Assembly (NCBI GenBank): GCA_002269645.1
Contig: NIVC01004312.1
Coordinates: 1-50,852 of the forward strand
Length of the DNA: 50,852 nt
DNA from: Macrostomum lignano
Lineage: Eukaryota
Direction: 5' to 3'
Shown: positions 23,602-40,080 of the stretch, piece after piece
Position numbering within the stretch: the stretch's first letter is position 1
Layout: each line of letters opens with the position of its first letter
Notes under the pieces: model-generated
What the model was told of the DNA's origin: nothing
Seen by the model: the letters and a program-made list of their open reading frames with translations, nothing else
The model's database searches: none
Program-made: the position numbers and the translations under genes

Positions 23602-24361
23602 ATAGCGGAAGTCTACCAGAGCAAGTCAAAGTACAAGTGGATACAAATAAGTAGTCTGCGTTGATTTTTAAGAAATAAATTTCCAAGAATAGGCATTCCA
23701 ACATTTTACTTTCTCAATCATTCTATAAGTCTGCACTAGAAATCTTTTTGAACCAATACAGCACCAAAAATTGAATGAATTTTCTATATCTACTACTACT
23801 TTATCAACTACTTGTAGTACTAAATTACCGACAAATACATAAAAAAAACAGATCAAGTGGAATGGTTTTAACAGACTTTATCAATTATGTTACTGTTAAA
23901 GAATTAAATAATAATTTAGAAAGATAAATTAAAAGTCAGTAAAATGTATAAGTAGTCAGTTACCTAGAACAATTGTGGAACCAAAGGATGGCAATGCTGC
24001 ATTTTTATCGGTTTAACTTTTTTAATCCAAAATATCTGATTTATTAAACAGTGCTGTGACACAACAGTTTTGTCCGAATCAAATGAACTAAATTAACAAA
24101 GCGCAAGCAAAGCATAAAGCAAAGGTCAATCAGGAAAAGTTGCTCTCTACATAAAAACATTGCTACTTACGTCGTACTTATAGTAGTCAGTCAATTTGTA
24201 AACTGTAACAAAGTCATTCAACTAATCACTGCTAGAATAACACACGCTAGTAAAATGTGGCATCGCATACAGGAAACGACAAACGAGAAATGACGCCGCA
24301 ATCCTAATTAGCTGCAGGAGAAGTGTAACAGAGAAAAGGGACTGAAAAGTGTGTCCTGAAT

Positions 24362-24429
24362 TGTCTGTCTGTCTCTGCATGTCTGCCTGCCTGTCTGTCC
24401 GTCTGTCTTTCCGTCTGTCCGTTTGTCTT

Positions 24430-24466
<37 letters not shown>

Positions 24467-24467
24467 G

Positions 24468-24498
<31 letters not shown>

Positions 24499-24531
24499 AT
24501 GTCTGTCTGTGTGTCTGTCTGTCTGTCTGTG

Positions 24532-24602
<71 letters not shown>

Positions 24603-24615
24603 ATGTCTGTCTGTG

Positions 24616-24691
<76 letters not shown>

Positions 24692-24716
24692 GGTCTGTTT
24701 ATCTGTCTGCCTGCCT
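24362..24716. repeat. (TGTC)n microsatellite
   Basis: Direct inspection. Confidence 0.97.
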
Positions 24717-24805
24717 GTCGGGGCTTGAAACCAAACCCCTGAAAACAAGCGCTACAAGCGATAGCCAGCAGAAACCTAATGTCATCACCAAATGCAGACA
24801 GTCCA

Positions 24806-27729
<2,924 letters not shown>

Positions 27730-27884
27730 CTTTTATAGGATTAGATTGGCGCTGATAATAAAATAAATCTGAAACATGAGCAGACTTTATCGCGTCAATT
27801 TAATTGTAAATGAAGAGATATTTTTACTTTTACGCATTTGCATATATTGTACAGTCTTTTTGGCCTGTGAAGCGATTGTATATT

Positions 27885-28525
27885 GTGGCAAGAGTTTGGT
27901 TAGGGAACTAAGTGTACGTTGGGGCAGGAGTTTGTCTAGGAAAGTGAGTGTAAATTGGGGCAGGAGTTTGGCTATGGAAGTGGGTGTATTGTACATTGGG
28001 GCAAGAGTTTGGTTAGGGAAGTGAGTGTACATTGGGGCAAGAGTTTGGCTATGGAAGTGAGTGTACGTTGGGGCAAGAGTTTGGCTAGGGAAGTGAGTGT
28101 ACATTGGGGCAAGAGTTTGGCTAGGGAAGTGAGTGTACATTGGGGCAAGAGTTTGGCTAGGGAAGTGAGTGTACATTGGGGCAAGAGTTTGGTTAGGGAA
28201 GTGAGTGTACATTGGGGCAAGAGTTTGGCTAGGGAAGTGAGTGTACATTGGGGCAAGAGTTTGGTTAGGGAAGTGAGTGTACATTGGGGCAAGAGTTTGG
28301 CTAGGGAAGTGAGTGTACATTGGGGCAAGAGTTTGGCTAGGGAAGTGAGTGTATATTGGGGTAGGAGTTTGGCTAGGGAAGTGAGTGTACATTGGGGCAA
28401 GAGTTTGGCTAGGGACGAGAGTGTATATTGGGGCAAGAGTTTGGCTAGGGACGAGAGTGTACACTGGGGCAAGAGTTTGGCTAGGGACGAGAGTGTACAC
28501 TGGAACATGAGTTTAGCTATGGAAG
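27885..28525. repeat. 36-bp minisatellite between ERCC2 and SPTLC1
   Basis: (TAGGGAAGTGAGTGTACATTGGGGCAAGAGTTTGGC)n. Confidence 0.96.
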
Positions 28526-29163
28526 TGAGGGTTTATTGTCTTAAGGCTAAGGCTCATAACTATTTTTGAAGATACTGCAAGGAGAAAAAAACGCAATTAT
28601 TTAACAATGTTGTCTGTTTTACTACAAGACTAAATCAAAGTTACGAAGTTTGCATTGTTGCAGAACAAAAAATCAGAGTCAAAGAGCTATATACTTAACA
28701 AACAGCGCTTTGTTGACAAATAGAAAATATAATGGCAACCGGTTGTACGTCAACAGATAATGTTAGGGAATAAATTCTAGCAAGGAGAATAATACAAAAA
28801 TACCAGCAAATCGTTCATATGGAAAGGATGAACCGGTTAATAATTACATGTTATGATTAAATGCATAATTATTTTGTTATTTAACAGACATGTAGTACAA
28901 ATACAATAATAACTAGGTGGGACACTCAGGCGTACTTTTTTGGTAGAGCAGTTTCTCTACTGTCTGTTCAGTAGTAAGAGAGAATGCGTAAGCTATTTTT
29001 GTAAGCCTGAAAAGAAAGGCAGTTGCAGGGACTTGCGAACGCATACAACTTTTTAATCTTGCATAGAAATTAAAGGTTGGGGAGGCGTACTTAGTAAGAA
29101 ACACGAACAGTCAGTTTAAGATTAGATTAAACATATTACTAGCATACTACTAGCGGTTAGTAG

Positions 29164-32100
29164 TTAGCCGGCTTCATTGGCGTATCTGCGCTGCATTTCA
29201 ATGTCGCGCAGCTGTTCCAGGGTGAGCAGCGACACGCCCAGCTGATCCTGACGGGTGAACGGCTGGGCCATTTGTTTGAGAAATCGGCGAGATATTTGCA
29301 CGGCTTCGTCCACTGAGAGATTGAGTACAGCCTCGCTTAGGTTTTCCTGGGGAATTATAGTGTGCTTGTGCAGTTCAGTCCTGGGAATTACAGTGTGCCT
29401 GAGAAATTTAGCCTAGGGGGAATTACAGTGTGCTTGTGCAGTTTAGTCCTGGGGAATTACAGTGTGCTTGTGCAGTTCAGTCCTGGGGAATTACAGTGTG
29501 CCTGAGAAATTTAGCCTAGGGGGAATTACAGTGTGCTTGTGCAGTTTAGTCCTGGGGAATTACAGTGTGCCTGAGAAATTTAGCCTAGGGGGAATTACAG
29601 TGTGCTTGTGCAGTTTAGTCCTGGGGAATTACAGTGTGCCTGTGCATTTAGCCACTGGGGAATTACAGTGGGCCTGCGCAATTTAGCCACTGGGGAATAC
29701 ATTGTGCCTGAGCAATTTGGCCACTGGGGAATTACAGTGTGCCTGTGCATTTAGCCACTGGGGAATTACAGTGGGCCTGCGCAATTTAGCCACTGGGGAA
29801 TTACATTGTGCCTGTGCATTTAGCCACTGGGGAATTACAGTGTGCCTGAGCAATTTAGCTACTGGGGAATTACAGTGTGCCTAAATATTTTAGCCACTGG
29901 TGAATTACAGTGTGCCTGAGCAATTTAGCCACTGGGGAATTACAGTGGGCCTGCGCAATTTAGCCACTGGGGAATTACAGTGTGCCTGCGAAAATTAACC
30001 CTGGGGAATTACAGGAGTACCTGCGCAGTTTAGCCATAGAATTCCAGATATTTTTCAGGGTTTATCAGAATTCCAAAACTTCCGCAATGTCTCGTGAGCC
30101 GAAAATAATTTTTCTGATGTCTTTTTCATACATAGGTAATTATTTGTTGCAAATGAAACCCAGTTTACTGTCTAAAACAGTTTTTAAAAATGACCGCATT
30201 AAAAAACTCACTCCTCAAGGGTGTCTGTGCGGGCATGCGTATTATCTAATCTGAAAATTACCTTGAGTGTGTCAAATATGTACTGCACTGGCTAAGCATG
30301 GTCCCATTTAATTTCTGCACAGCGACAGTTAAGAATTCATATTCCAGTTATGATTTTTCATAAATTTCAAGGCACATACATAGCGTGTGAGCGTAAAGGA
30401 CAAAGTTCAAAGCAATAATTGAACTGGACCGAGAAAACTCGATGCCAACTTTGGAAGTCCCTCGTATTTTAATTTCAGATCACACGTAGTTTTTGCAACC
30501 ATTGGGTTTATGTGTACATTGAGGGAATAAGGAATCCATCGGGTTTACATGCATATGTACACTGGGGGTAGGGAAATCCATCGAGTTTATATGTACAATG
30601 GGGGTAGGGAAATCCATCGGGTTTACATGTACACTGGGGGTAGGGAAATCCATCGAGTTTATATGTACAATGGGGTAGGGAAATCCATCGGGTTTACATG
30701 TACACTGGGGGTAGGGAAATCCATCGAGTTTATATGTACAATGGGGGTAGGGAAATCCATCGGGTTTACATGTACACTGGGGGTAGGGAAATCCATCGAG
30801 TTTATATGTACAATGGGGGTAGGGAAATCCATCGGGTTTACATGTACACTGGGGGTAGGGAAATCCATCGGGTTTATATGTACACTGGGGGGTAGGGAAA
30901 TTCATCGGGTTTATATGTACACTGGGGGGTTAGGAAATCCATCGGGTTTATATGTACACTGGGGGGTAGGGAAATCCATCGGGTTTATCTGTACACTGGG
31001 GGGTAGGGAAATTCATCGGGTTTATATGTACACTGGGGGTAGGGAAATCCATCGGGTTTACATGTACACTGGGGGTAGGGAATTCCATCGGGTTTATATG
31101 TACACTGGGGGTAGGGAAATCCATCGGGTTTACAATATGTACACTGGGGGTAGGGAAATCCATCGAGTTTATATGTACAATGGGGGTAGGGAAATCCATC
31201 GGGTTTACATGTACACTGGGGGTAGGGAAATCCATCGGGTTTACATGTACACTGGGGGTAGGGAATTCCATCGGGTTTACATGTACACTGGGGGTAGGGA
31301 AATCCATCGGGTTTATACTCGTATGTACAGTGTGAATAGAAAAATGTATCTGCGATTTAATGTACAGAGGGGTAGAGAAATCGGCAATTGAATACAAATT
31401 GGCTCAAAGTACACACTGAAGTACACATAGACATGCATCCGCACTGTAAAGATACCTGAATCCACCTGGGCAGTTTTGTTCGCTTGTCGGCCCTGGCGAA
31501 CCGTTTGTCAGCGAACAGCATGATGCCATAGTCGGTCTTGCCTCTCAGCGCCCGCCCAACGCACTGGGCCGCGTGCCGCATTGCATCGAACGTGAGAAAG
31601 TCGTTCTCCCTGATGTGAAAGTGTTCACGCAGATAGTCTAGGCGGGTCTTCAGAATTCTGCTCTGGGTATAGACGTAGGGAACGCCAAACATAATTACGC
31701 AACGGCCCAAATGATGATCGAAGTCGATACCCTCGGACACTTTGCCGCGAGCTACTGATAGTAGTATAGCGCCGCGTCCATTCTCGCAGGCTCGCTGATA
31801 GTTATAGAGAGCGATGCTAGTCTCTTGAGCGTCCTGAGTTTCGATGAACACTAGCTTGTACTTTTGCACCTGATCGATAATCTTCTGCTCGTACCAGGCC
31901 GCGAATATGGTCTCCAGGTACAGATAGCTGGGAAAGAAGCAGACGAGGCCGTCTGGTACAACTCGGGCCATTTCTAGCAGCAGGCTGCCGTAGTTGCGCA
32001 TCACTGCTGGGTCTTCGCGACTCTCGTAGCGAGAGGTTATGGTCACCTGACAGGTGTGGATTAACGATTTTTACATACTGTAACATTTATATAACTATAA

Positions 32101-35100
32101 AAATGCATACTTGGGTTTAATATACATCAAAGGATATCGCTTCATCAATTTGGGAAGCTGGGAGTAGGAACTAGGGATAAAAATCTTACAGGTGACGCTT
32201 CATCGACTCGGGAAGCTGGGAGCAGGGATAAAAGTCAAACAGGATATCGCTTCATCAACTCGGGAAGCTGGGAGTAGGAATAAAGGTCCTAAAGGATATC
32301 GCTTCATCAACTTGGGAGGCTGGGAGTAGGGATAAATATCCTACAAGATACCGCATCAACTCGGGAAGCTGGGAGTAGGGATAAACATCCTACAGGATAC
32401 CGCTACATCAACTGAGGAAGCTGGGAAGAAGAAGCTAGTAAAGATTAGAATAAAGATCTTAATCGACAAACTGCACAAACCGTAAAAAAACAAGCAAATT
32501 CAAAACCCACAGTTTTTTCTCACCTGATCATTGCCCTTAGCAACAATCATAGGACAGATACACTGCCTAGCCAGCGTGACAGTGAATGACACCATATTAA
32601 CTGGCCGGAAGTCCAATATACGCGGATACATTTCCAACGGTGACAGAGTGCCTGAGGTGATCAATACAGTTTGGAAGCGGGCAAACACAGGCCTGACAGC
32701 GATGCTGGCGTCCATGCAAGTCAGGTGCATGATCGGATTGATCACAGTCGGTGCCCGATCGTCGAAGGGTTCAACTAGGAAGCAGAATCCGCGCAGATAG
32801 GTAGCTAGCAGGGTGGCCAGGTTGGCTACGCGGAACAGGCTGCCCAGTTCTGGCGATTCGGCCACCTCCAGCGTGGCCAGGAGGCTGCGCAGGCGCTCGT
32901 GACAGAACCGAAGCGGCTTCCGATCCAGGCACACCCGTTCGGAGCAGTCGCGCAGAAATGCGGCCGGACTCTCCGACACGACGTGGACAACTCGGAGTCG
33001 AAGTTTCAAGTATTCGAGGAAACGGCGCAGGAAGGCTAGGAAATGCTCGGCTGTGCGAATGTTGCCTGGCACCGCTTCGCGTAGCACCTGCGGGCGGGAA
33101 TGGGGGTGGCGGTGGCTTGGGAACTGGGTGAGAAACTGGTTAGAGAGGGGTGAGAAACTGGTTGGAGATGGGTGAGAAACTGGTTAGAGGGGGTGAGAAA
33201 CTGGTTAGAGATGGGTGAGAAACTGGTTGGACATGGGTGAGAACCTGGCTGAGAATCATGAGAAACTGGCTGAGAATCATGAGAAACTGATAAGCCACAA
33301 TTACCTGATCTGGAAGCACAGGATTAGCCAGAATGAGGTCAGTCTCCCTAGCGGACTGGGCCTCGCGCAGGTTATTAACAAGCCTGTTGTACTCCTCCTG
33401 CAGCTTGGCGGCGTCTTGCTGCTTGATCTCTCTAACCCGATTCTGCAAGCTGTTCAAGCCTAGCTGAGCACGGTCTAACGACCGGCGACTCAGCGTTACG
33501 CTCATTGATTCGATGCAGACATTGTCAATGTTGTGCGCCTCGTCGAACACAACAATGCTAGATTTGGGCAGCTGCTTGGAAACTAATTCGGATATTTTCG
33601 GATCCAACAGATAGTGATAGCTGTATACAATGATGTTGGCAGTTGACATTGAATACCGGGCAAAGAAGTACGGGCATAGGCCTTTACGGCGACCGTAGGC
33701 CTTCAGGTGCAAAATGGGGGCGGCGTTCCTGTAAGCTAATTAAATTCATAGTTACTCCTGCCGAATACCTTACTGACAGTCACTACTAATTAGATGACGA
33801 GGCAATATAGCTTGCTAGTCAAAAAATTCATAGTTACTCCTGTCGAATACCTCACTGACAGTCACTAGTAGTCACTACTAATTAGATGACAAGGCAATAT
33901 AGCTTGCTAGTCAAAAAATTCATAGTTACTCCTGCCGAATACCTTACTGACAATCTCTACTAATTAAATGAAGCAATGTGGCTAGTCAAGAAATTCATAG
34001 TTACTTTTGCCGAATACCTTAATGAAAATTACTACTAATTAGATGACGAGGCAATGTGGCTAGTCAATAAAGCCATAGTTACTCCCGTTCTTATTATCTT
34101 CCAATTTACCTTCAAATCGTCCAGATTGTACACCCCAGGCGGCAGCAAGAACTCCCGGCCGTGAGCGTCGAATTCTTCGTAGTACTGACAGCCTGGCGGC
34201 GCGGATTCAACATCGGCGCCGGCGCGGCCAATAGCATGGCGCCGACGATCGCGCACAAAACTGGCGGTGAGCTGATGACAGGCGCTGTCGATTGACCGAC
34301 CGTCACCGGCGTTGCCCTCCAGCACGTCGGCGTTGATGCATAAATTTTTGCGCGAGCTAAGCGCCATACCGGTCAGGTTGAGCGTGACGCCATTCTTAGT
34401 GTAATAATCGAATAGAGTCTTCATCTCTTCTACAACTTTCTCTAGCTCAGGCACGGTGCGCGAACAATACACCAGCTTGCTCACGTGATCTGGCGAATGG
34501 TGCAGATAGGCCACGGTCAGAGACAGAATTGTGATGGTTTTACCCGTGCCAGACGGCATCTCGAGTACGCAATGACCCTGAAAATTGATATTGCAAATCA
34601 AAAAAAAACAAAATTAGATTTTAATGTCCAATTACGCTACTTATAGTAGATTTCGATATCTAAAAAATGAAACAGTTAGCAGTAGCAAACCTTAGCATCG
34701 ATGCTCCTTTTAAACTCCACCATGTAGGAGTACTGCTCCGGGTAGATGTACTCATATGGAAATAGGACAGGCAAGCCGTCTACATTCAATCTGTTTGGCA
34801 GGTTAAAGACAATGTATTTTATTAGCATTGTTGCTTTTAGATTTCTATTAAACATGAAATTTGATTTTTACAAATCAAATTACAAATTATACAGCACTGT
34901 ATTAGCATTTAGTATCATGGGTTCAAATTCTGGTCACCAAATTGCAAACCAGGGTACCAGCTGGTGTCAGTTAAGAAGTTTAGGATCAAATAAATGCCTG
35001 TCTCTAACCTTTACTGTGGAGGGGTGTAGCCTAGAGGTCTCATGCAGCACTCTTATGTGCATACATACATCTTGGCTTGGCTCTGCTTGTGCAATTAACA

Positions 35101-38100
35101 CCCTTGAAGGCCAACCCTCAAAGCACAGCAAAGTGTTCATGTCTAACAATAAATAAAGTTAGGCTACTATAACTGCATACACATCTGCTTAGGGGAAATG
35201 GCAAAAGGCAACAGTGATTATATAGCAATGATGTATAGCAAATATACCTGTAGTGCACTTAGTCTCTGCTTTTAAAAGCAGATGACTATATGCACCATGG
35301 ATGCCTTGGCCTTTACCATCCATTACATTGCTAGGATTCAAAGAGACAAAGAATTCTAAAAAGTATAAATTATTGATAAACATATGCTAAAATAATACAA
35401 ATTGCAATTGATTACTCACAGACTTTTAAAAAACTTTTTTGTAATTGAAATATAAGAATAGCTTTAAAAAATTACTTGTTGCATATTTCTATACATTACT
35501 AATGTACATTTCTAGACAAAACTGCACTATAGTCTACAAGGGCCTAGGCAGAGGCAGATTTAGGTAGGGGTAGGTAGGTGGCTGCTTTGATAGAACATAG
35601 AAATAGAAACAGCTTGATGGAAAATATTGTGCCTCCCAAAAACCTAAGGTTTGTAACCTTTAGAATTTATTTTTTGCCCTTACATGCATTTTTTGCACCT
35701 ATCATATGTATGTAAGTGGCCCAAACTTGGACCCCCTCCAAATGAAACTCTAGATCTGCCACTGGGCCTAGGCCCTAGGGCTGAAGTACAGGTCTCAAAT
35801 GCAAAAGTGGACTAATAAACTATGTGTACACATAGGCCTAGTCATGACTTATAAATTATTGTTAACTTAGTAAGTTGGATAGGCCTACCCAATTATATTT
35901 ACAATGGTGCACCTAGTGCTTTTTAGACTTGGGTACTTTTAATTTATTTTATGCAGTTAGAATTTTTTGGTTCTATTCTATAGACATTATTACAAAACAT
36001 AAAATAATCCCAATGATCCCAATAGATGGTTGCGGTAACTTATAGCATAGTAAGCTAGAGTTCTTTACTTTGTTATAGTCCTTTTAATGTATCACTACAC
36101 AATCAATCTGGACTAAGGCAAAGGCAATAGTGCTGTCTTATCTACTTTTCTAAACCATGCTGTAATAAAAAATAAAAGCCATTGTATTGTAATCTACACA
36201 AATGAAAGTACTTGTCAAAGTGGGTTTTCCTGTACAATATGAGATCCCACTGCTGCCACCAAAGTTGTGCTAGGGGTAACTTCTGTCCCTACAAATGATT
36301 CCACAGCTGTCACTAAAGTTGTCACAGGGCTTAATTTTCTGTCTTTATAAATGTCCTAATGTTGGTAGCTGCCACCAGGATTATCCTATTAATAAATTAT
36401 AAGTTTATCAATCTTAGAATAATCCAAGAAATGTTTCTTAGAATTGATCTGAGTATATATCTTAGTATTTAGTCTGAGTATTTAATCTGAGTATTATTCT
36501 GATTCCGGTAGCATTTACTGTACTTTTGGCCTGAGTGGTCTATTGGCTATACTGGTATATGTATTCCATGTACTTTGCAAGTCCTTGGGCATTACCGAGA
36601 TCAGAGGGTCACAGCCTCCAGTTAGTCTTACACGTATCACTTCAGATCTATTTTGTATTCTCTTACTACTCAATACTGCTGCTTCTCAATAGTATGTACT
36701 ATATACGCTTCAGTCTATTTCACTCTTACTTTGTAAAAGGAATTAACATAGAAAGCACTTCTTCAATTCTTTTTTTCTCGGAACTCTTACTATTTGCTAT
36801 CAATCACTTATTGCGGAACCGCGATGCGTGAGGTTGGTCTCTCCTCTGCCAAAAATGCTTTTATTTATAATAAAATTTGCTACAGTTTTAAACAAAAATT
36901 TGTTAGCGCAAAATATTATAGAAAATACAAGTATTAAAACAAAATATGTTTCTTAGTTTTGGCATGAATTCAAATTGACTGTAGTGATCCACTAGTTGAT
37001 GTTAGGCGTCCCACTTTGTCAGCAGTCTCCCTCGCCCTCGCCCTGGGTTGCTGTCTGCCTCTGGTCAGCTTCCCGCCCCCCTTGGCCCGTCTGTTGCTGC
37101 CCTTGGCCTGTTCTGCCCTTCTGCGTCTCTGTTCTCAGCCCTTAGCTTCTCTGCTGTGGGCTGTCTCTGTTTCGTTCCCGTCCCGTTTTCCTCTGTCATG
37201 TGAGCAAGTCACATGACAGACTCTGCGTTCTTCGAGTCCTAAAGTGCAGTAAACATGTTTACTGCACTCGTTGGCCCTGTTTACCGGGAGAATCACGTGC
37301 TTTCGGAACCCTCCCTTCTCTAAGGAGAGGAGTGACTCATGTTGCTAAAAATAGCAACTGAGTCATAGCCGCGTGTACTCTGGCCGGAGACCTCAAGTGA
37401 CGTCAGTTCTAAAAATAGAATGAGTCACGAGGTCTTGCGCGCACTGAGACCCTGCCCCGAGACCCCAAGTGACGTCAGTTCTAAAATTAGAACAAGTCAC
37501 GAGGTCTTGTGCGTGGGTGTTTCCCAGCTATAAATAGGACCCCTCTCCCCTTGTTTCCGTCAAGGATTTTGGCTTCTTATCTGCGGAGAATTCACTAAGA
37601 ACCCGTGTGCGTCAGTGTCTAACTAAGTGCCCTTTGCGTACTGAATCCATTTGTACTGGTCTGACTGAGACCCCACTAAAGCCCAAGCCTAAGGGAGGCT
37701 AACACTGCCTTCCCAGTCACCCCTGAGCCCGGCGGGGATCTGCTGATCAGGATGCCTTGTTCATTAATCTGCAAATCTGCACGCTGTGCTGAGTTCGTTG
37801 ACTTGTTTATTTCGTTCCGACGGGAAGCTCACCTCATCGAAGGCCGAGACCTGAAGGAACTGGTGGCAGCACTACCTACGCTACTGAGAGAATTAAGAAG
37901 GCTTCCGAGTGAGAAGACGGAGAGCCCAAGTCACTGCGCTGTACAGCAAGACAACCACAGGTACAACACTGGTGGCAGCGGTAGGATTCAAAGACCTACC
38001 AGGCCACCCCGAGAAAACCATTCTATAACACTGGTGGCAGCGGTGGGATTCAAAGACCTACCAGGCCACCCCGAGAAAAACCAAAGTACTTCACTGGTGG

Positions 38101-40080
38101 CAGCGGTGGGATTCAAAGACCTACCAGGCCACCCCGAGAAAAACCACTCTATTTCATGACTAAACAGTGACTATTTTATAAAGAAATTGGAAGGGGCCCT
38201 GCATATACCCTGCTATTGAAAATGAATTTTAGATACTGTGCCAATGCAATGTTGCAATGAATTTGGTATGCTGGTGGTGCGCACCACTACCATAAAAAAA
38301 TTCAAAGAAATTATAAACTTTTAGCAAAGCCAACTTTTTCTTCATTTTTAAAAATTTTGGAATATAATTGTTTGAAAAACATAGATATACTTTTTAGAAT
38401 CTTCTTGCTTATTAGTGCAGCACCTCTTAAAGAGATTTAAAACTTTCAATTTGGACCATTTGTATGCCTGTATAGGCGAATAGCTAGCAGACAAATAGGC
38501 TGGTACCCTACAGCCAGGAAGACGGTAGAATCCTCGGAATTTTCCGGTGCAAATCAGCAATTTGCCGGCGCATGGCGCACACTTCACTGTGCCGCGCGCA
38601 TGGGCTCAGTGCATCGGCACATGGCTCGGTGCATGGCTCGGCGCATGGCGCACAAGGTATGTCAGTGTATGTGACAATATAATAATGAATAATAAAAAAA
38701 CGTATATTAAATGTCAATCAATTAATAAAATAAACGATAGTCAATATGATAGTCATTATTTCCAATGTTGTTTCTATTTCAAATTTCATTAATCGTAGCT
38801 TTTAACGATTGCAAAGCAACGAGCAATGGAGCAAGTTGGAGCATCTTCAGTTCAGTTCAGTATGAGTAAGTCAAGGACAAGGTCAATTCACTCAAGTGAC
38901 AGTGACAGTGATAGTGATGCAGATTTTGAAGTTGGAGTTACGGGCACAGCTACTACCATCAGTAAAAATGCCAAAGGTATTTTTCTCGGTGCATGGTGCA
39001 CAAGTAATTTTTTTTCTTGGCGCATGCGGCGCACAACAAAAATTTTGATGGATGTTATTCTGGCGCACATGCTACACCTTCCTGACCATGGCTGGTACCT
39101 AGTATTTAGATCGGGGTGCTTTCACAAGGTCGAAATTTTACAACGTCGAAAAGTAAATTATTTCACAAGGTCAAAACTTCACAAGGTCGAAATTTCACAA
39201 CATCGAAAACTTTAGCAAAAGACTTCATAAGGTCGAAATTTCATAAGGTCGAAATTTCACAACATCGAAAACTCAAATAGCAGCCACTTTCACAAGGTCG
39301 AAACTTCACAAGGTCGAAATTTCACAACATCGAAAACTCAAGTGCAGCCACTTTCACAAGGTCGAAACTTCATAAGCTCGAAATTTCACAAAGTCAAAAA
39401 TTTTATATATCAAGAACCATACAGTAGTTTTCTACATTGTGAAATTTTGACCTTATGAAATTTCGACCTTATGAAGTCTCTTGCTAAAATTTTTGATGTT
39501 GTGAAATTTCAACCTTGTGAAGTTTCGACCTTATGAAAGTGGCTGCTGTTTAACTTTTCGATGTTATGAAATTTCGACCTTATAAAGTCCTTTGCTAAAG
39601 CTTTCGATGTTGTGAAATTTCGACCTTGTGAAAGTGGCTGCTATTTGAGTTTTTGATGTTATGAAATTTTGACCTTGTGAAATTTTGACCTTGTGAAAGA
39701 AGGTGCTTTCGACGTTGTGAAATTTTGAGTTTGTGAAACCCCCCCTTTAGATCCTAGGATTGCAAATCATGGGATTCTATTCTTTCCAAAATCCTGGGAC
39801 TGAAATCCCAGCTTAAGAGGCCAAATCCTAGGATCCCAGGATTGGAATCCCTAATTAAGGCATATGACATAAACATAATTTGTGCTCAGCTTAAAGATAT
39901 TTTAAAATGCTTCTTTAAATTGACTATAGCCTAGGTAGCCTAACTGTCTTATAAAGTCAAAAAAATTTGGCCTGTATTTCCCAACTGTGTTTGGTTATGA
40001 AAATATTCATTCTAATTAATTATATTAAAAACAATCTGTATACTGACTAGAAAGTAGAATAACTAAATTACTTACTTCAT
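29164..40080 (-). CDS. ERCC2: TFIIH helicase XPD, 768 aa; exons 40080-40076, 34790-34691, 34577-34110, 33700-33305, 33087-32524, 32046-31456, 29346-29164
   Basis: [31 protein letters not shown], four Fe-S cysteines, [25 protein letters not shown]. The first exon ATG-AA|GTAAGT is 5 nt; phases are consistent; exon 4 needs an AAG acceptor. Confidence 0.96.
29347..31312. repeat. Two ~36-bp minisatellites in the last ERCC2 intron (29347-30012 and about 30530-31312)
   Basis: GGGGAATTACAGTGTG... and GGGGGTAGGGAAATCCATCGGGTTTATATGTACACT units. Confidence 0.95.
32133..34085. repeat. Three short intronic tandem repeats in ERCC2 (~47 bp at 32133-32430, 21 bp at 33124-33290, ~80 bp at 33741-34085); exons lie between them
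   Basis: Direct inspection. Confidence 0.85.
35549..35764. mobile_element. 216-bp hAT-type MITE
   Basis: TIR CAGAGGCAGATTTAG / CTAGATCTGCCACTG (13/15) with a perfect 8-bp TSD GGCCTAGG. Confidence 0.85.
37000..38150 (+). mobile_element. Truncated LTR retroelement: ~970-bp LTR (TGTT...AACA) followed by three tandem tRNA-Leu primer-binding units
   Basis: TGTTAGG at 37000 and AACA ending at 37968. TATAAATA at 37529; duplicated TGACGTCA blocks at 37398 and 37470. TGGTGGCAGCGGTGGGATTC at 38032 and 38095, and with one mismatch at 37970. No gag/pol seen; the left LTR boundary is less certain. Confidence 0.7.
39113..39745. mobile_element. 633-bp foldback-type non-autonomous DNA transposon
   Basis: Left half has arrays of TTTCACAAGGTCGAAA and the right half their reverse complement. 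Ends GGGGTGCTTTCACAA / TTGTGAAACCCCCCC; 8-bp TSD TTTAGATC. Confidence 0.85.

Noticed and set aside
37965-38150. Repeat/spacer array as a CRISPR
   Set aside because: Only three units, spacers about 8 nt, and the repeat is explained by a tRNA PBS.
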